NCBI RefSeq assembly: GCF_018350175.1
Contig: NC_058369.1
Coordinates: 18,106,001-18,166,000 of the forward strand
Source of the DNA: Felis catus
Lineage: Eukaryota
Direction: 5' to 3'
DNA: 60,000 nucleotides
Part shown: positions 26,256 through 41,047 of the stretch, piece after piece
Layout of the letters: every line of letters begins with the position of its first letter
Position numbering within the stretch: position 1 is the stretch's first letter
Notes under the pieces: generated by a model
Database searches by the model: none
Told to the model about the DNA's origin: nothing
What the model saw: the letters and a program-made list of their open reading frames with translations, nothing else
Program-made: the position numbers and the translations under genes

Positions 26256-27168
26256 AGCAAGTGAGGGTTTTAAGAGAGGTCCCAAATGCCTCGAACTTAC
26301 AAGATATCTGGCTACATGGATCAAGTGTAGGAAGAGAGGCCAGACAATTCTCTCATACTAGTCTTAAGTCCCCTACACAGACTTCCCACCCTGTAAGACT
26401 CTTGTTGGCTCCCCACAGGCCCACCCTGGACACGATCTGTCAATTTCCTCCAAATGTGTGTCCAGAAATAAGGGTAGAAAACTAGGATGAAGTTCTGAAT
26501 GCTAAGTCACAGGGCATGGACTTTGGTCTCCAGGCAGGTCTTGCTGAATGTGCTGCAGGGGAAAGAATTGAAGCTAGATGTGAGGAAGACCAGCGAACAA
26601 GCCCTAATGAGTTTCCTCCTTCCCAAAGCCTCAGTTTGACCATGGCTTCCTCACCTGGGAGTTGTCAGGATCAACGCGGCCCTGGGCGAAGTCAGTCACC
26701 TGCTTTTCTTGGAAGGAGCTTATCCCCTGAGGATATGATCACTTCCCACCGGAGGCCTATCAGGCTTATGTGAGGTGATAGGCTGAAGACGGCCAACCTC
26801 CTCTCTGGGGTGGGAAAGTGAGAAGGAAATGATGGGGGCACTTTGGCCCCATAGGAATGTGTCAAAAGACATCTCTAGAATAATTGTACCTCTGTCTAGC
26901 TCTCTTTCTGAGGAGGGCTTTAACAGGTGACCTGTTTCAATCCTGCTGGTGATGTTGTAAGGTTTGCTGCAATCAGAGCTTTGGGCAGGTGCTTTTTCTT
27001 TCCTATCCCCAAAGAGGTGGCGCAATGCCGGACCGAGAACTTTAAATCAGAGCCCTTGGTGGACGGTTAGAGTCTGCTCCCTCTGCGCTGTATGACTCTT
27101 TGAGGAGGGAAGAACAGCTTCTCTGCGACCCCCAAAAAGAACGAAAGGGAGATTCCCTGGACTTCTCA

Positions 27169-27681
<513 letters not shown>

Positions 27682-27789
27682 TCAATGTTTTCTCCTCTAC
27701 GCGTCGCATTACTCCGCAGAAGCTGACCGCGTTCGGCTTAGTGCCAGGCACCCTTCCACGTGCTGGAGGCGCAGCTGGTAGCCCAGCAC

Positions 27790-28750
27790 ACGGATCCCTG
27801 TCTTTGTGGAGCTTATAGACCATGACGAAGATAAATAAGTGAAAGCTGCATAGTGTATCAAGTGGTGATAATTGCTATGGAGAAAAACCGGGAAAGAGGG
27901 TTAGAGAGTATGGGAGTGAGGGGGCGAGTAAGATGTAATTTTAAGTAGGTACGGGAGGGTTTCACTGAGAACGTGAGGAAGTGAGTCCTGCCCAAAGACA
28001 TGGGGGTGGGGAGAATGGAGGGTGAGGGACCTAACAAGCAAAGGAAAAGAAAATACAAAAGCCCTGAGATGGGCTGTCCCTGGCCTCTTTGGAGAACCAC
28101 ATAGAGAAAGGCCTTTGTAGCTACAGCAGAGTGAGGAAGAGGAGTAGCAGATGAAGACGTGGAGATATTGGTGGCACATTCAACAGGCTTTGTGTGCTGC
28201 TCTGAGAACATCAACTTCTACTCTGAAGGAGATGGTAGACAGAAGCCATTCTGGGGGTGCCTAGGTGGCTCAGTCGGTTAAACGTCCTACTTGGGCTCAG
28301 GTAATGATCTCCTGGTTTGTGGGTTCGAGCCCCGTTTTGGGCTCTGTGCTGACAGCTCAGAACCTGAAGCCTACTTTGGATTCTGTGTCTCCCTCTCTGT
28401 CCCTCCCCCACTCTCACTCTGTCTCTCTTTCAAAAATAAATAAACATTAAACAATAATAATAATAAGGACATTCTGGGGATTTGAGCAAGGGAGTGACAT
28501 AGTCTGACAAATGACTTAACAGGATCCCTCTGACTGCTGGCTGCGAATAGACTGTAAGGAGCAAGGAGGAAGCAGGGAGGCTTGAGGAAGCTAAAGGTCA
28601 GGGTCAGAGGTGTTGGTTTGGATCAGTGCACAGAAAAGGAGGTGGTGAGAAGTATTTGGATTTTGGATATATTCTGAAAGAAGACCCTAAAGGAATTGTT
28701 AATGAATAGAATATAAGGTATGTGAGAAAGGAGTTAAGAACAATGCTAAC
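27790..28750 (-). mobile_element. L2 remnant upstream of SLC25A20 (with an inserted SINE at 28254-28465)
   Basis: L2-typical phrases (ggagcttatag, tttgagcaagggagtgacatagtctga, ggattttggatatattctgaa). Confidence 0.7.
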
Positions 28751-30189
28751 GTTTTTACATTATTGACTCTAGGTGGGTGGTATCCAGGTATTCACTATCT
28801 TATTCTTTCATCATTTCTGTATGTTTGAAAATTTTCAAATTAAAAATTTGAACAGGAGTGCCTGGCTGGCTCAGTCAGAAGAGCATGTGACTCTTGATCT
28901 TGGTGTCATGAGTTCAAGCCTTTGTTGGGTATAGAGAGTACTTAAATAAATAAAACTTAAACAAACAAACAAGTTGTGAACAATAGACATGCCCCTACTC
29001 TGTAGCAGGTACCTCATTGCCAAGCTGACCTGATAATAGTCCCCCTTTGTAGGTATTGCCAGACCACAGGGAAGCCTGGAGTGGGAAAGATGAGCCATAT
29101 GTGCTGGGGGCAGAAGGATGAGTAACAGGCTCTGACCCTGGCTGGTTCAGAAGTCCTATAGGGGAGTGGAGGGCAAGGATGCTAGGGTAAGGCCCCAAAG
29201 CCTGTCTACTCTGCACCATACCCTTTTTCTAAGAGGGGATGGGGAGCCATGAAAGAGTTTTAAGCACAGTGGTGACATGATCAGATTTGTTTTAGAAAGT
29301 CTGTTTTGGATGGACGAACTTGTGTTGAGAGAGACTGGAAGCAGGGAGACCAGACACGAGAGAATACAGCAACCCAGGCAAAAGGGAGTGAAGGCATAAA
29401 CTGAGGCAGGAGTCATAAAAGGACGGGAAAGGAGTTAGAACCCAGAAGCTAATATTACCAGAAACCTGCAGCAACTCCGGGTTTCAGACACACTGCAATT
29501 GCAGTGTCCGTGGCACATCCGTGGATACATCTGGTCAGTATTGGGTATACAGCTTGAGAACTAGGAGAAAGGTGAAGGCCAGAAACAGAAACCAGAAAGG
29601 TTTCAACATAAAGATGTATATGCAACCCCTGGAAGACTATACCATGGGGAAATGGGATGGCATATTAGGAGGAGCCCCCAAAGCAGAAGTTGTTACCATA
29701 GTTTTAGAGGAAACCCAAAAGAGAATCACGCCTCTGAGTAAAAGGGATGAAAGGATCAAATGCCGGGTCAAACTAAGGAATACTAAATGCTCCTTAGGTT
29801 TAACTATTAGTCATTGGTGACCTTTAGAAGAAGCTTGCTAGGAGTGTCGACCTGGCGGGTTGACTACTGAACAGGCAGCAAAAAGGTAGAGGCACTAAGT
29901 AAGACTCAGTTAATTACTGGTTCAAGGAGTTTGGCAGGGAAACAAAAAGAACAAAGGGTTAAAGGAAGGTTTAGATTTCAGTGTTTAAGATGGGACTGAG
30001 GCTGAGGGAAATATCAAGGAAAGAGAAAGAGGGGCGCCTGGGTGGCTCAGTCATTTAACCATCCGATTTTGGCTCAGGTCATGATCTTGTGGGTTCGAGC
30101 CCCGCGTTGGGCTCTGTGCTGACAGCTCAGAGCCTGGATCCTGCTTCGGATTCTTATCTCCCTCTCTCTCTGCCCCTCCCCCATTCATG

Positions 30190-30227
<38 letters not shown>

Positions 30228-32909
30228 AATGGATCATCATTAAAAAAATAATAATAAGGGCCGCCTGGGTGGCTCGGTCAGTTAAGCGTCCGACTTCGGC
30301 TCAGGTCATGATCTCACGGTTCATGGGTTCGAGCCCTGTGTCAGGCTCTGTGCTGCTGACAGCTCAGAGCCTGGAGCCTGTTTCAGATTCTGTGTCTCCC
30401 TCTCTCTCTCCCCTCCCCTGTTCATGCTCTGTCTCTCTCTGTCTCAAAAATAAATAAACGTTGAAAAAAAAATTTTTTTTTAAATAATAATAAAAGAGAA
30501 AGAAAGTGCCGCTGATAAGACATGGTCCCTAAGGTGCTAGGTGTGGTTATCTGGTGTATGTGGCATCACCCAGCAAGCTTCTTCTAAATCCCTGGGATCT
30601 TCAGGGCTCCGACTCTGAATGTCTGGAATTAAGTCCTGGCATAAACATATTTAAAGCTTTTTGACTGAGTTGGAGAAGCACCCATTGTTAAGAATCTTCG
30701 AGATAGTGTTAAAAAAGAATTTTTTTTTTTTTTAAAACAGGGGCACCTGGGTGGCTCTGTCGATTGAGTGTCCAACTTCAGTTCAGGTCATGGTCTTGCA
30801 GTTCGTGAGTTCAAGCCCCGCGTCAGGCTCTGTGCTAACAAACAGCTCAGAGCCTGGAACCTGCTTCAGATTCTGTATCTCTCTCTCTCCCCCTCCCCGT
30901 TCATGCTCTGCCTCTCTCTGTCTCTCAAAAATAAATAAATGCTAAAAATATTTTAAAGAATCTTCGAGATAGAAGAAAACTTAAAAGTAAGCAAGGAGAC
31001 AGCTTATAGGCCAATTGTAAAGTAAGGTAGCATAATGCCTGACATACAGTAGGTACCTAAAAGGATGATGTTGTTGAGTAAGTTAGAAGTGGGTTTATGT
31101 CCTCAGAGGGCTTCAGTATGGCTGAGGAGAAGACTCTCAGACATTAGAATAAGAAAGGGCAGGTAGGAGAGAGCTCCAGTGAAAAGCAGGTTGTCAGCTC
31201 CTGAGACCTGAGATTTCTTCCTGACTTTCTTCGCCAGGGAACATCATTGTCTTTGTTTCCCACAGATCGTGAGGGAATTTTAACCAGGAGAGGATCCAAG
31301 CCACATGTTTACTGAGCCCCTCTGGTTTGCAAAACTCTGTGCTAATCACTAGATTGATCTCAGGAGTTTTACTGAGCAGAAGGTCCAAGATTCAGTGTTT
31401 AGTAATAGGGCGTTGTTTCTCTCATTTACTGTTTGTATCATTCTGGCTACAGAAGAGAAGCTAAATTAGAGTTAACCTGCACTCAGAGTAGCTTCTAGGA
31501 AAGATGGTGTTTGATATAGAACAGCCCTCCTGGTAAACCTGAGCACCTCCATGACAGACCTCAGAATGGACACTACTCGAGCCCACCAGGTCCTATTAAA
31601 TCCTCAAAGAGTAACTGATAATCCACTAAACAAATAGTCTTCCTGCCTACTCATCTGGTCAGCCTTACCCACAACTAGAAAACTTACATGAAATTTAATC
31701 TGTGTTATTTTCTGGCCAAAAATCATCCTGAGCTCCTCACTGAGCCACCCAGGCACCCCATCCTCAACGCATCAGAATAAAATACAAGTAAGGGCCCCTG
31801 GGTGGCCCAGTAGGTTGAGCGTCCAACTTCGGCTCAGGTCGGGATCTCACGGTTCATGAGTTTGAGCCCTGCATTGGGCTCTGCATGGTGGTGTGAAGCC
31901 TGCTTGGGATCCCCTCTCCCTCTCTCTCTGCCCTCCAACCCCCCAGTTCATGCTCTCTCTCTCTCTCTCTCAAAACAAATAAACATGAAAAAATAAAATA
32001 GAATACAAGTAGTATTCTCTGGGCACTCAAAGCTTTTCATGATCTCATGGTAGCTTACTTCCCCAACCTTGTTTTTCTCTAGATTGTATCTTCACCTCTG
32101 AGCAAACTGAGTGTCTCCTGGTTTACCACAGAAACCTGTTATTTAACTGCCTCCCACCCTCGCTCCAGGCCTTTACACACACTTTCCCCTTCAGCACATA
32201 GTGTCCTTCCCCTTCCTCCTCAATAACAAGCAAATGCAAGAGATGTATACCAAGTCGCTTCCATATGCAAGACAGTATCCAACCAGTGGTTTTTAGCCAT
32301 TTTCACAGTGGAGAATCTCTGGTGCCCTCTCCCCAGAAAAATGTACATATACATATGCACCTCCAGGTTTGCTTTCAATTTCATGAGAACTTGAAGCCAT
32401 CCTTGGACCTCAGATGAGAAGCCCTTTCCTATCCTAGACTGTGGAAATCAAATATGGACTAATTTTCCTAATGTCCCTTCTTTGGTCCTTTTTTCTTTTC
32501 TTTCTTTTTTCTTGGCCTCAGATTCTAAGTCTGGGCTGAAACCTCTCCCTTCTCTCTTCTTATCACGGGCTCCAACCATACTGCCCACAGGGATCTCAAA
32601 CTGAACACACTTAAAGGTAAATGGCATTGGGGCACCTGGGTGGCTCAGTGGGCTAAGCTTCCGACTTCGGCTCAGGTCATGATCTCGCGGTCTGTGAGTT
32701 CGAGCCCTGCGTCGGGCTCTGTGCTGACAGCTCAGAGCCTGGAGCCTGTTTCAGATTCTGTGTCTCCCTCTCTCTTTGACCCTCCTCCCCCATTCATGCT
32801 CTGTCTTTCTCTGTCTCAAAAGTAAATAAACGTTAACAAAAAATTGAAAAAAAAAAAAAAAGGTAAATGGCATCTAGGAAAAAAGAACCCACAAGAAATC
32901 TTGAATTTA

Positions 32910-33140
32910 GGGGCGCCTGGGTGGCGCAGTCGGTTAAGCGTCCGACTTCAGCCAGGTCACGATCTCGCGGTCCGTGAGTTCGAGCCCCGCGTCGGGCTCT
33001 GGGCTGATGGCTCAGAGCCTGGAGCCTGTTTCCGATTCTGTGTCTCCCTCTCTCTCTGCCCCTCCCCCGTTCATGCTCTGTCTCTCTCTGTCCCAAAAAT
33101 AAATAAACGTTGAAAAAAAAAATTAAAAAAAAAAAAAAAA
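32910..33140 (+). mobile_element. Young felid Can-SINE
   Basis: Same subfamily; TSD aagaaatcttgaattta. Confidence 0.95.
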
Positions 33141-34089
33141 GAAATCTTGAATTTAAAGATACTTCACAGGGGCACCTGGATGGCTCAATCGGTTAAGTGT
33201 CTGACTCTTGGTTTTGGCTCAGGTCATGATCTCGTGGTTTGTGAGTTTGGGCCCAGTGTCAGGCTCTGTGCTGGCAGCGTGGAGCCTGCTTGAGATTCTC
33301 TCTCTTTCCCTCTCTCTCTGCCACTCCCCCACTCATGTTCATGTTCTCTCTCTCTTTCAAAATAAATAAATAAAACAAAAAAAAATACTTCACAGGTGAG
33401 TTGAATTAAAGTATGGCCACTTAGTTGGATAATCAAACTGATAAATCTCTTTAAAAAGTAAGGTGGAAAAAAAGACAAACTGAAAAATAAGGGAAATTGC
33501 GGTACAGAAGACAAGTTCCAAAGTTCCCACCTCACAGAGAGCCTGGGTGGCTCAGTTGATTAAGCGTCCAACTCTTGATTTCAGCTCAGGTCATGCTGCC
33601 ATGGTTTGTGGGTTCAAGCCCTACATCAGCTCTGTGCTGACAGCTCAGAGCCTGGATCCTGCTTTGGATTCTGTGTCTCCCTCTCTCTGCCCCTCGCTGG
33701 CTTGAGCTCGCTCTCTCTCTGTCTCTCTCTCTCTCTCTCAAAAATAAATAAAAACATAAAAACAAAAGAAGTTCCCACCTCTCTAATAGTAGTTACAATA
33801 GGAAAGGACTGAGTAAGGGGAGAAATATATAACCAAAGAATAAAGAAGAAAATATCTCAGTTGGAAACTCACATCTTTCCACTGAAAAGGGCCAATGAAT
33901 ACCAAGCAAGATGAATAATAAAATTTTAGAACAAAAGGGAAAAGAATCTTAAAAGCTTTCAGAGTGGGAAAAAGAGGTTATCAAGCAAGGAATAAGAATA
34001 AAAACATAGGTTCTTCATTCACTACGCTGACTGCAAGCAGCAGAAAATAAGCTCCAACTTCTGAGGTAAAATAATTTTGAACCTAGAAT

Positions 34090-34315
34090 CTTTTTTTTTT
34101 TAATTTTTTTTTCAACGTTTATTTATTTTTGGGACAGAGAGAGACAGAACATGAATGGGGGAGGGTCAGAGAGAGAGGGAGACACAGAATCGGAAACAGG
34201 CTCCAGGCTCTGAGCCATCAGCCCAGAGCCCGACGCGGGGCTCGAACTCACGGACCGCGAGATCGTGACCTGGCTGAAGTCGGACGCTTAACCGACTGTG
34301 CCACCCAGGCGCCCC
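34090..34315 (-). mobile_element. Young felid Can-SINE
   Basis: Same subfamily; TSD gaacctagaatctt. Confidence 0.95.
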
Positions 34316-34583
34316 GAACCTAGAATCTTATACCCAGCCAAACTAACACTCAAGTGAGAGGAAGCAACAAGCATGTTTCAATGAAGAAAAGAAAAACTTG
34401 GGACAGTTTCCTACCCACATGCCTTCTCTGAAAGAATTACTCAAGAAAATACAACAGCCAGACAAATAAATCGAAGAAAGAAAACATGGTAAGCAAAAAC
34501 ACTTGCAAAACTTATAGTTATCTTAATAATCATTGATGTTAAATTAAAAATAAGAATCTGATACAAAAATGCCAGAAGATTCA

Positions 34584-35040
34584 TGTGCATTTGGCTTTCA
34601 GCTTTGTCCAGCAAAGCCGAGGATGGCAGAAAGGATTACTTAAGACTCTATGCAAGTCAAGAGAGGTGAAAGGGAAGCTAAAAGAAGTCTCCCCAAGCTG
34701 CTTGCAAGCTCCCGTATTTATTGAGCATACATTTAGGGAAACATTGTGCAATATATCAGTGGGCTATGTGCCAGTAAGAACATAAAGCATGCAGAAAAAC
34801 AAGACAGGATAAAATATTCCATGATATAACATAATCTAAGGAATTTATGAGTATAGGCAGGACCTAACCCTTAGATATACATTAACTAGATAAGCTAAGT
34901 GAGTGCCCCCTAGATATACATTAACTAGATAAGTGAAGCCAAGCCTGCGGTTTTCAGCAAGGCTAAAAAAACAGTGTTCTGCTTTGCAATGCATTCCCTA
35001 TAATCTCCTAACCCAGAATATGGCTATTTGATTTTCCACA
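34584..35040 (-). mobile_element. Solo LTR of an endogenous retrovirus, probably class II/ERVK-like
   Basis: TGTG...CACA termini, perfect 6-bp TSD GATTCA (34578-34583, 35041-35046), minus-strand AATAAA at 34717-34722, internal 23-bp direct repeat. Confidence 0.85.
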
Positions 35041-35751
35041 GATTCACATGTGAGGTGGTACCTGGGCCATATCCAACAGGTTTCTGTATATGGTTGCTCT
35101 CATGGATACTTATTTCTATATTTTAGAGGCTAACATAACCCGGTTGCCAAAATCAGACAAAGCACTCACACACAAAAAGGAAACTAGAAACTACTATTGC
35201 TTAATGCATGAATAACAAAAATATTAAAAGTAAAACATTAGCAAATCAATTCCACAAGGTTTTAAATGGATTAGGTATTATGACCAAAAATGGTTTAAAA
35301 TCAGTGAATCATGGGGCACCTGGCTGGTTCATTGGGTGGAGCATGAACACTTGATCTCAGGGCCATGGGTTCAAGCTCCATGTTGGCTATGGAGACTGCT
35401 TTAAATTTTTTTTTTTTAATGTTTATTCTTGAGACAGAGAGAGACAGAACATGAACGGGGGAGGGGCAGAGAGAGAGGGAGACACAGAATCTGAAACGGG
35501 CTCCAGGCTCTGAGCCGTCAGCCCAGAGCCCGACGTGGGGCTCGAACCCACGGACGGCGAGATCATGACCTGAGCTGAAGTCAGCCGCTTAACCGACTGA
35601 GCCACCCAGGCGCCCCTATGGAGCCTGCTTTAAAAAAAAAAAGTTAATTTTTTTTTTCATCTGTGAACCTCATAATGTGATCATAACACTAACGCAGTAA
35701 GGATGGTAATCCTATGATCATCTCAATAAATGGTAAGAACCATGTAATATT

Positions 35752-36195
35752 TGTGGTAGACATGGAATTGTACCACCTAGAACCTTCTTCAAGGAAGGCC
35801 TGGCTGCCTACCTGTGGAACATAGAGTAGCAGATAGTCTCTAGCTCTCAGTCCTTCAGGATATACCTTAGCTTCAGATAACTGCCTCCTCTCTGGTAATA
35901 CACTTCCCAAGACAGGCCATATGCAGTGATTGAGCAAGCATATAAATCCAAGTATGTAAAAGCATATAAATGCCTGGCCAGTCTGGCCTAGTATGAGATA
36001 CTCTGATAGGCACTGTTCATTCCAGTGATCTCTGCTACATAGGTGGCAGCTTCGCTGGGACTGCAACACAGTTTAACTTTTGCCTCTGCCTAATTCTGCT
36101 TCCTGCCCCTTCCCTTCACATATGTTGGTCCCTAATAAATACCTTGCTCTCCCAACTCCATCTCAGCATTTGTTTCCAGAAAGTCCGACCAGCAA
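35752..36195 (+). mobile_element. Old ERVL-type LTR (LTR16-like)
   Basis: Starts TGTGG; ends with the ctccatctcagc...tttccagaaa...acc motif typical of the LTR16 group. Confidence 0.55.
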
Positions 36196-38851
36196 TAGTA
36201 GTATTCAGTATCATTCCTTACCAAAAACAAAATAAAAAGTGGGGTGCCTGGCTGGCTCAATCAGAGGAATGTGCAACTATTGATCTCGGGGTCATGAGTA
36301 CAAGCCCCATGGTGGGGATAGAGATTCCTAAAAAATAAATAAATAAACTTTAAAAAAAAAAAGGAAAAGCACATAAGACTATAAACTTAAGATCTTAAGT
36401 AAATTCTCTTGCAATAGATAAAAAAGTAACTACCTTAAAAAATAATAAAAGAGGGGTACCTGGCTGGTTCAGTTGGTAGAGCATACAATCTTGATATCAG
36501 GGTTCTGAGTGCAAGCCCCATGTTGGGTGTGGAGTCTACTTAAAAAAAAAAAAAAAAGATACTTAAAAACAGGAGCCTAGTAACTAAAAATATTTAAAGG
36601 TAAAATATTGGAACCTTTCCTATTAATGACAGGAACAAAGGTAAACATGCTTTTGGTCATGATTACTGCTTAACATTTTTTTTTAAATTAATTTATTTAT
36701 TTTTGAGAGACAGAGTAATCAGGGGAGGGACAGAGAGAGAGGAAGAGAGAGGATCCCAAACAGGCTCCCTGTTGTCAGCTCAGAGCCTGGTGTGGGTTTT
36801 GAACTCACAAACCATGAGATCATGACCTGAGCTGAAACCAAGAGTCGGGCGCTTAACTGACCGAGCCATCAAGGTGCTCCTTGGCTAAGAAATTTTTGAA
36901 AAAAAAGGGTTCCTGGGTGGCTCAGTCAGTGAAGCATCTGTCTCATCAGGCTCTGTGCTGTCAGTGAGGAGCCTGCTTGGGATCCCCTCTCTCTCCTTCT
37001 CTCTTTGCCCCTCCCCTGCTCTCTCTCAAACTTTTAATTTTTTTAAGTTTATTTATTAATCTTGACAAAGAGAGCGCAGGAGGGGCAGGGAGAGAGGGAG
37101 AGAGAAAGGATTCCAGGCAGACTCTGCACTTCCATTGTGGAGCTGGACGTACGGCTCGGACTCACAAACTGTGATTTCATGACCTGAGTCAAAATCTAGT
37201 CAACCTACTGAGCCACCCAAGTGCCCCTAAGAAGATCTTTTTAGATAATGTAGAGAACAGATATCATAGCAAAAGGGTAGAAATATGGAGACTAGTTAAT
37301 TGCTCACATCTAGGGACACATGATGGTTTGTACTAGAGCAGCAGAAATGCCAAATCAGGACATACTATGGAGATACAACATTTACAGACTGAATGCAGTA
37401 TTTGAAAGGGAAAGAAGAGTCATAGAAGGCTTGTGAATTTTTGGCCTGAGTAAACAGTGAGAAATAGTGGCGTTATTGAGCTGGGACACATTGGAGGAAT
37501 AACCAGTTTGGGGATAAAATTGAGTTTTGTTTGGGACATTGCCAATATGACCTCCAAATGGGCATATTGAATGGACACTTGAATATATTGAACGTGGAGG
37601 TTAGGGAATTGGGTAGAGCTAGAAAGAAAAATCTGTAAGTTATCAGTGTACTGAAGGTCCTTGGGCAGAGGTTAGATGAGATTGCTAGAGAATGAGTGTA
37701 GATGGAACAGAGGATGAAGATGTAGTGAATCTCCTGTGCAGTACTCTTCACAGCAATTTCATACTTATTTTACTATTCCTCTAATTTCTGCATCTCTTAC
37801 TAGACCAAAGCTCCTAAACTACAGCAACTGTGATCTCCTTTCCTCACCATTTATCTGACAACATGGTGCCTGGCCTTCAGCTGGCCTCAAAGAATCAAAG
37901 GCATTAAAGAAAAGTTTTTTTTTTTTTTTAAGAGAGAGACAGAGACAGAGACAGAGACAGAGAGACAGAGACAGAGCGTGAGAGGGGCAGAGAGAGAGGG
38001 AGACACAGAATCTAAAGCAGGCTCCAGGCTCTGAGCTGTCAGCACAGGGCCCGAAGTGGGGCTCAAACTCACAAACTGTGAGATCATGATGTGAGCTGAA
38101 GTCAGATGCTTAACCAACTGAGCCACCCAGGTGCCCTTCAAAGGCATTTTTTAAAGGTGATTTGGCAGTATCTATCACAATGTGAGATGAAGATACCAGT
38201 TGATAACACCAATTCCATTTCTAGAAATACAACTCCAAACTTTTTACATCTATGCAAAAAGTACATCCGAGGGTGTTCAATGTAGTACTATTTGTAATGG
38301 TGAAAAATTGGAAACTGATGCCCTGCAAAGGGGGCATGGTCAAACAGATGGTAATACATTTATACTAGAAAATACTGAGAAGGGGTCCAGCACTGTGGAA
38401 AGAGGGTAGGCTCTGGAGCCACATGGCCCAGTTTAGAATCTCAGCTTGGCGACTTCCTAGCTTTATAATTTTGAGCAACTACCACAACTTTCTGTGTCTT
38501 AGTTTGCTCATTTGTGGAATTGCGGATAATAATAGCACCTTCCACTAAGTGAAAAAAGAAGAATTTTATAAAAGTCTGTTACCAACGGGGTGTGGGGCGG
38601 GGGGGGGGTAAATGTGTGTGTATAGCTGTGAATATAGATATGTGGGTAGATGAACAGAAAGGATTCGGACAGTGGTAATAACCCCAGATAGGGTAAAGAG
38701 AGTGGAACAGAGTTAATGGGAATATTCACATTGCTATAAACATTTTTGTATTAATTTTACACAACTTTAATGTATCAATATATTAGTTGCAGAACTCAAA
38801 TCAATAAAGGCAAAGATGAAAGCTACATGTGTAAGGTATATATATGTAATA

Positions 38852-39375
38852 TGTGATGTGATAGATTATATTTTCCAAAGATGGCCACACCAACATATAT
38901 CCTATTCCACATGCTTTTCTTACAATGTGATACAATGTTGGTATTCCTCCCTCAAGGGTGGGGCTTCATTTTCTTCCCTTGAACCTCAGAGAACATTTGT
39001 AACTGCTTAGACCAATAATATGTGGTAGAAGGAAAGCTGTGTGACTTCAAAGGAAAAGTCATAAAAAGAAATATAGCTTCCACCTGGCTCTATTTTTCTT
39101 AAGACACTTGTCTTTGGAACCTAGCTATCATGTTACCAGGGAAACCAGACCACATGGAAAGGTCATGTGTATATGTGTTCTGGCTAACAGCCCCAGCTAA
39201 GCCCCCAGTTGACAGCCACCAAAAACCATTGGATGTATGAGTAAATAATTCTTCCCATGATTCCAGCTCCTAGCCTTCAAACATTCCAGCTAAGGCCCTA
39301 GATATTGAGGAGGAGAGATAATCCACTCTCACCTTGGCCTGTCTGGATTCCTGTACCACAGAAATCATGAGACTT
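38852..39375 (+). mobile_element. MLT1-type MaLR LTR remnant
   Basis: ttccaaagatggcc..., gctgtgtgacttc..., ggctaacagccccagct, cacagaaatcatgaga motifs. Confidence 0.7.
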
Positions 39376-39657
39376 TATACATTTTACATGCATATATATT
39401 TTGAAAATGTAATATTGTACACATCTCATTTCTTATTATCACTTAAGAGTATATCAAAAATACCTTTCCTTGTCAATAGACGTCTTAGTACAGCATCATA
39501 GTTAATGGTTTTCTTTATTGTATATATCTTACCATAATTTAACAAACTCTTACTTTGGGACATTTTGGATCCTGCAAACATTTTCTATTTGAATCACCAT
39601 TCCAAAGCACATATCTGTGCACATACTTTTATGCATATCCTTAAATGTTTTGGCTTC

Positions 39658-39865
39658 TTTTTTAAAAATGTTTATTTTTATTAACTTGTTTTTTTATTTT
39701 TTTTTAATTTACATCCAAATTAGTTAGCATATAGTGGAACAATGATTTCAGGAGTAGATTCCTTAGTGCCCCTTACCCATTTATCCCATTCCCCCCTCCC
39801 ACTACCCCTCCAGTAAACCTCAGTTTGTTCTCCGTATTTTCGGTTTTGTCCCCCTCCCCGTTTTT
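39658..39865 (-). mobile_element. Very short 5'-truncated felid L1 3' end
   Basis: Same 3' UTR as the 20385-21000 copy; TSD atgttttggctt on both sides. Confidence 0.85.
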
Positions 39866-40658
39866 ATGTTTTGGCTTAATTCTTAAATCTCTATTTCCTG
39901 GAAAGAAATTTCCACTAGTTAAAAATATTATCATCAGCCCAATAAATGTTTACTTAATAGAGTAATATTGAAAATAAGGTTGGATCTGTGCCCTTAAGAA
40001 ACTCACTTTTAGCAGGGGAAAGACACGTGAACAAATAAGGGTAACACATAGGATTCCAATATATTGTATGTGCACCCATGTACTTGACACATGAACAGAT
40101 TCTATTTTGTAAATCCAATAATGCTACAGAAAGACTGTTTCCTTTTAATTGCTGGAGAGCATTTATTACCAGTAACCCAAAGTGAGAACCCAGCTAGGAA
40201 ACTGAGATTTCATTTGCACAAAATATATCTTAGTTTCTTTGCTAATTTAAAGGCATGTTTTGTCAAAACAAATGAAATAAGTGGATTTTAGTAGACTTTT
40301 ATGTTGCTAATGCATATAAAATTCATAATCCTACAATTGTTACTCATTGCTACTAGTTTTCACTCCAAATTAATTTGGGCTTTCAAGTAGTTGTTTCTTT
40401 GGGGGGGGGGGTGAGGCTTTCTAGAACTTGGCTGCACCTTATTTAAGTACATGCTCTGAGTTAAACTGGAAGCTGAAAACCATGTATAAGAAATACAGGA
40501 GGGGCGCCTGGGTGGCTGAGTCGGTTGAGCAGCCGACTCTTGATTTCAGCTAGGATCATGATCCCAAGGTCATGAAACCGAACCCTGCGTTGGGCTCCAC
40601 CTTGAGTGTGGAGCCTGCATGACATTCTTTCTCTCCCTCTACCCCCTTCCCTGCTCAA

Positions 40659-40723
<65 letters not shown>

Positions 40724-41047
40724 TACAAGGATACATGCAAGAACTAAGAAAAAAAAAATCAAGAACTAAAGAACTCGTTACGCATAGTTATCTTGAATAT
40801 CAGTATATACACGATTTGTGTATGGGTGGAAATAGTTTGGATTATGAGGAGTTCAACAGCCAGGATGTTCCCTAACATCACCCGCTTCACACCCGCATTT
40901 CCACTTGTCCGGCAGCAATTTGAGTGAGCCTCAGTGGCTCTATCTACCCACAATACTTGGCAACAGGTCCTAGAAGTTACGGGGAGACAAGATAGCACAT
41001 ACTTCCTATACTGTTTGAAGAAACCGTGCAGCAAGGCAATGTGGAAT

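Noticed and set aside
32440..32455. tgtggaaatcaaata resembling the 5' end of the solo LTR
   Set aside because: Only about 15 bp of similarity with no extension; consistent with chance
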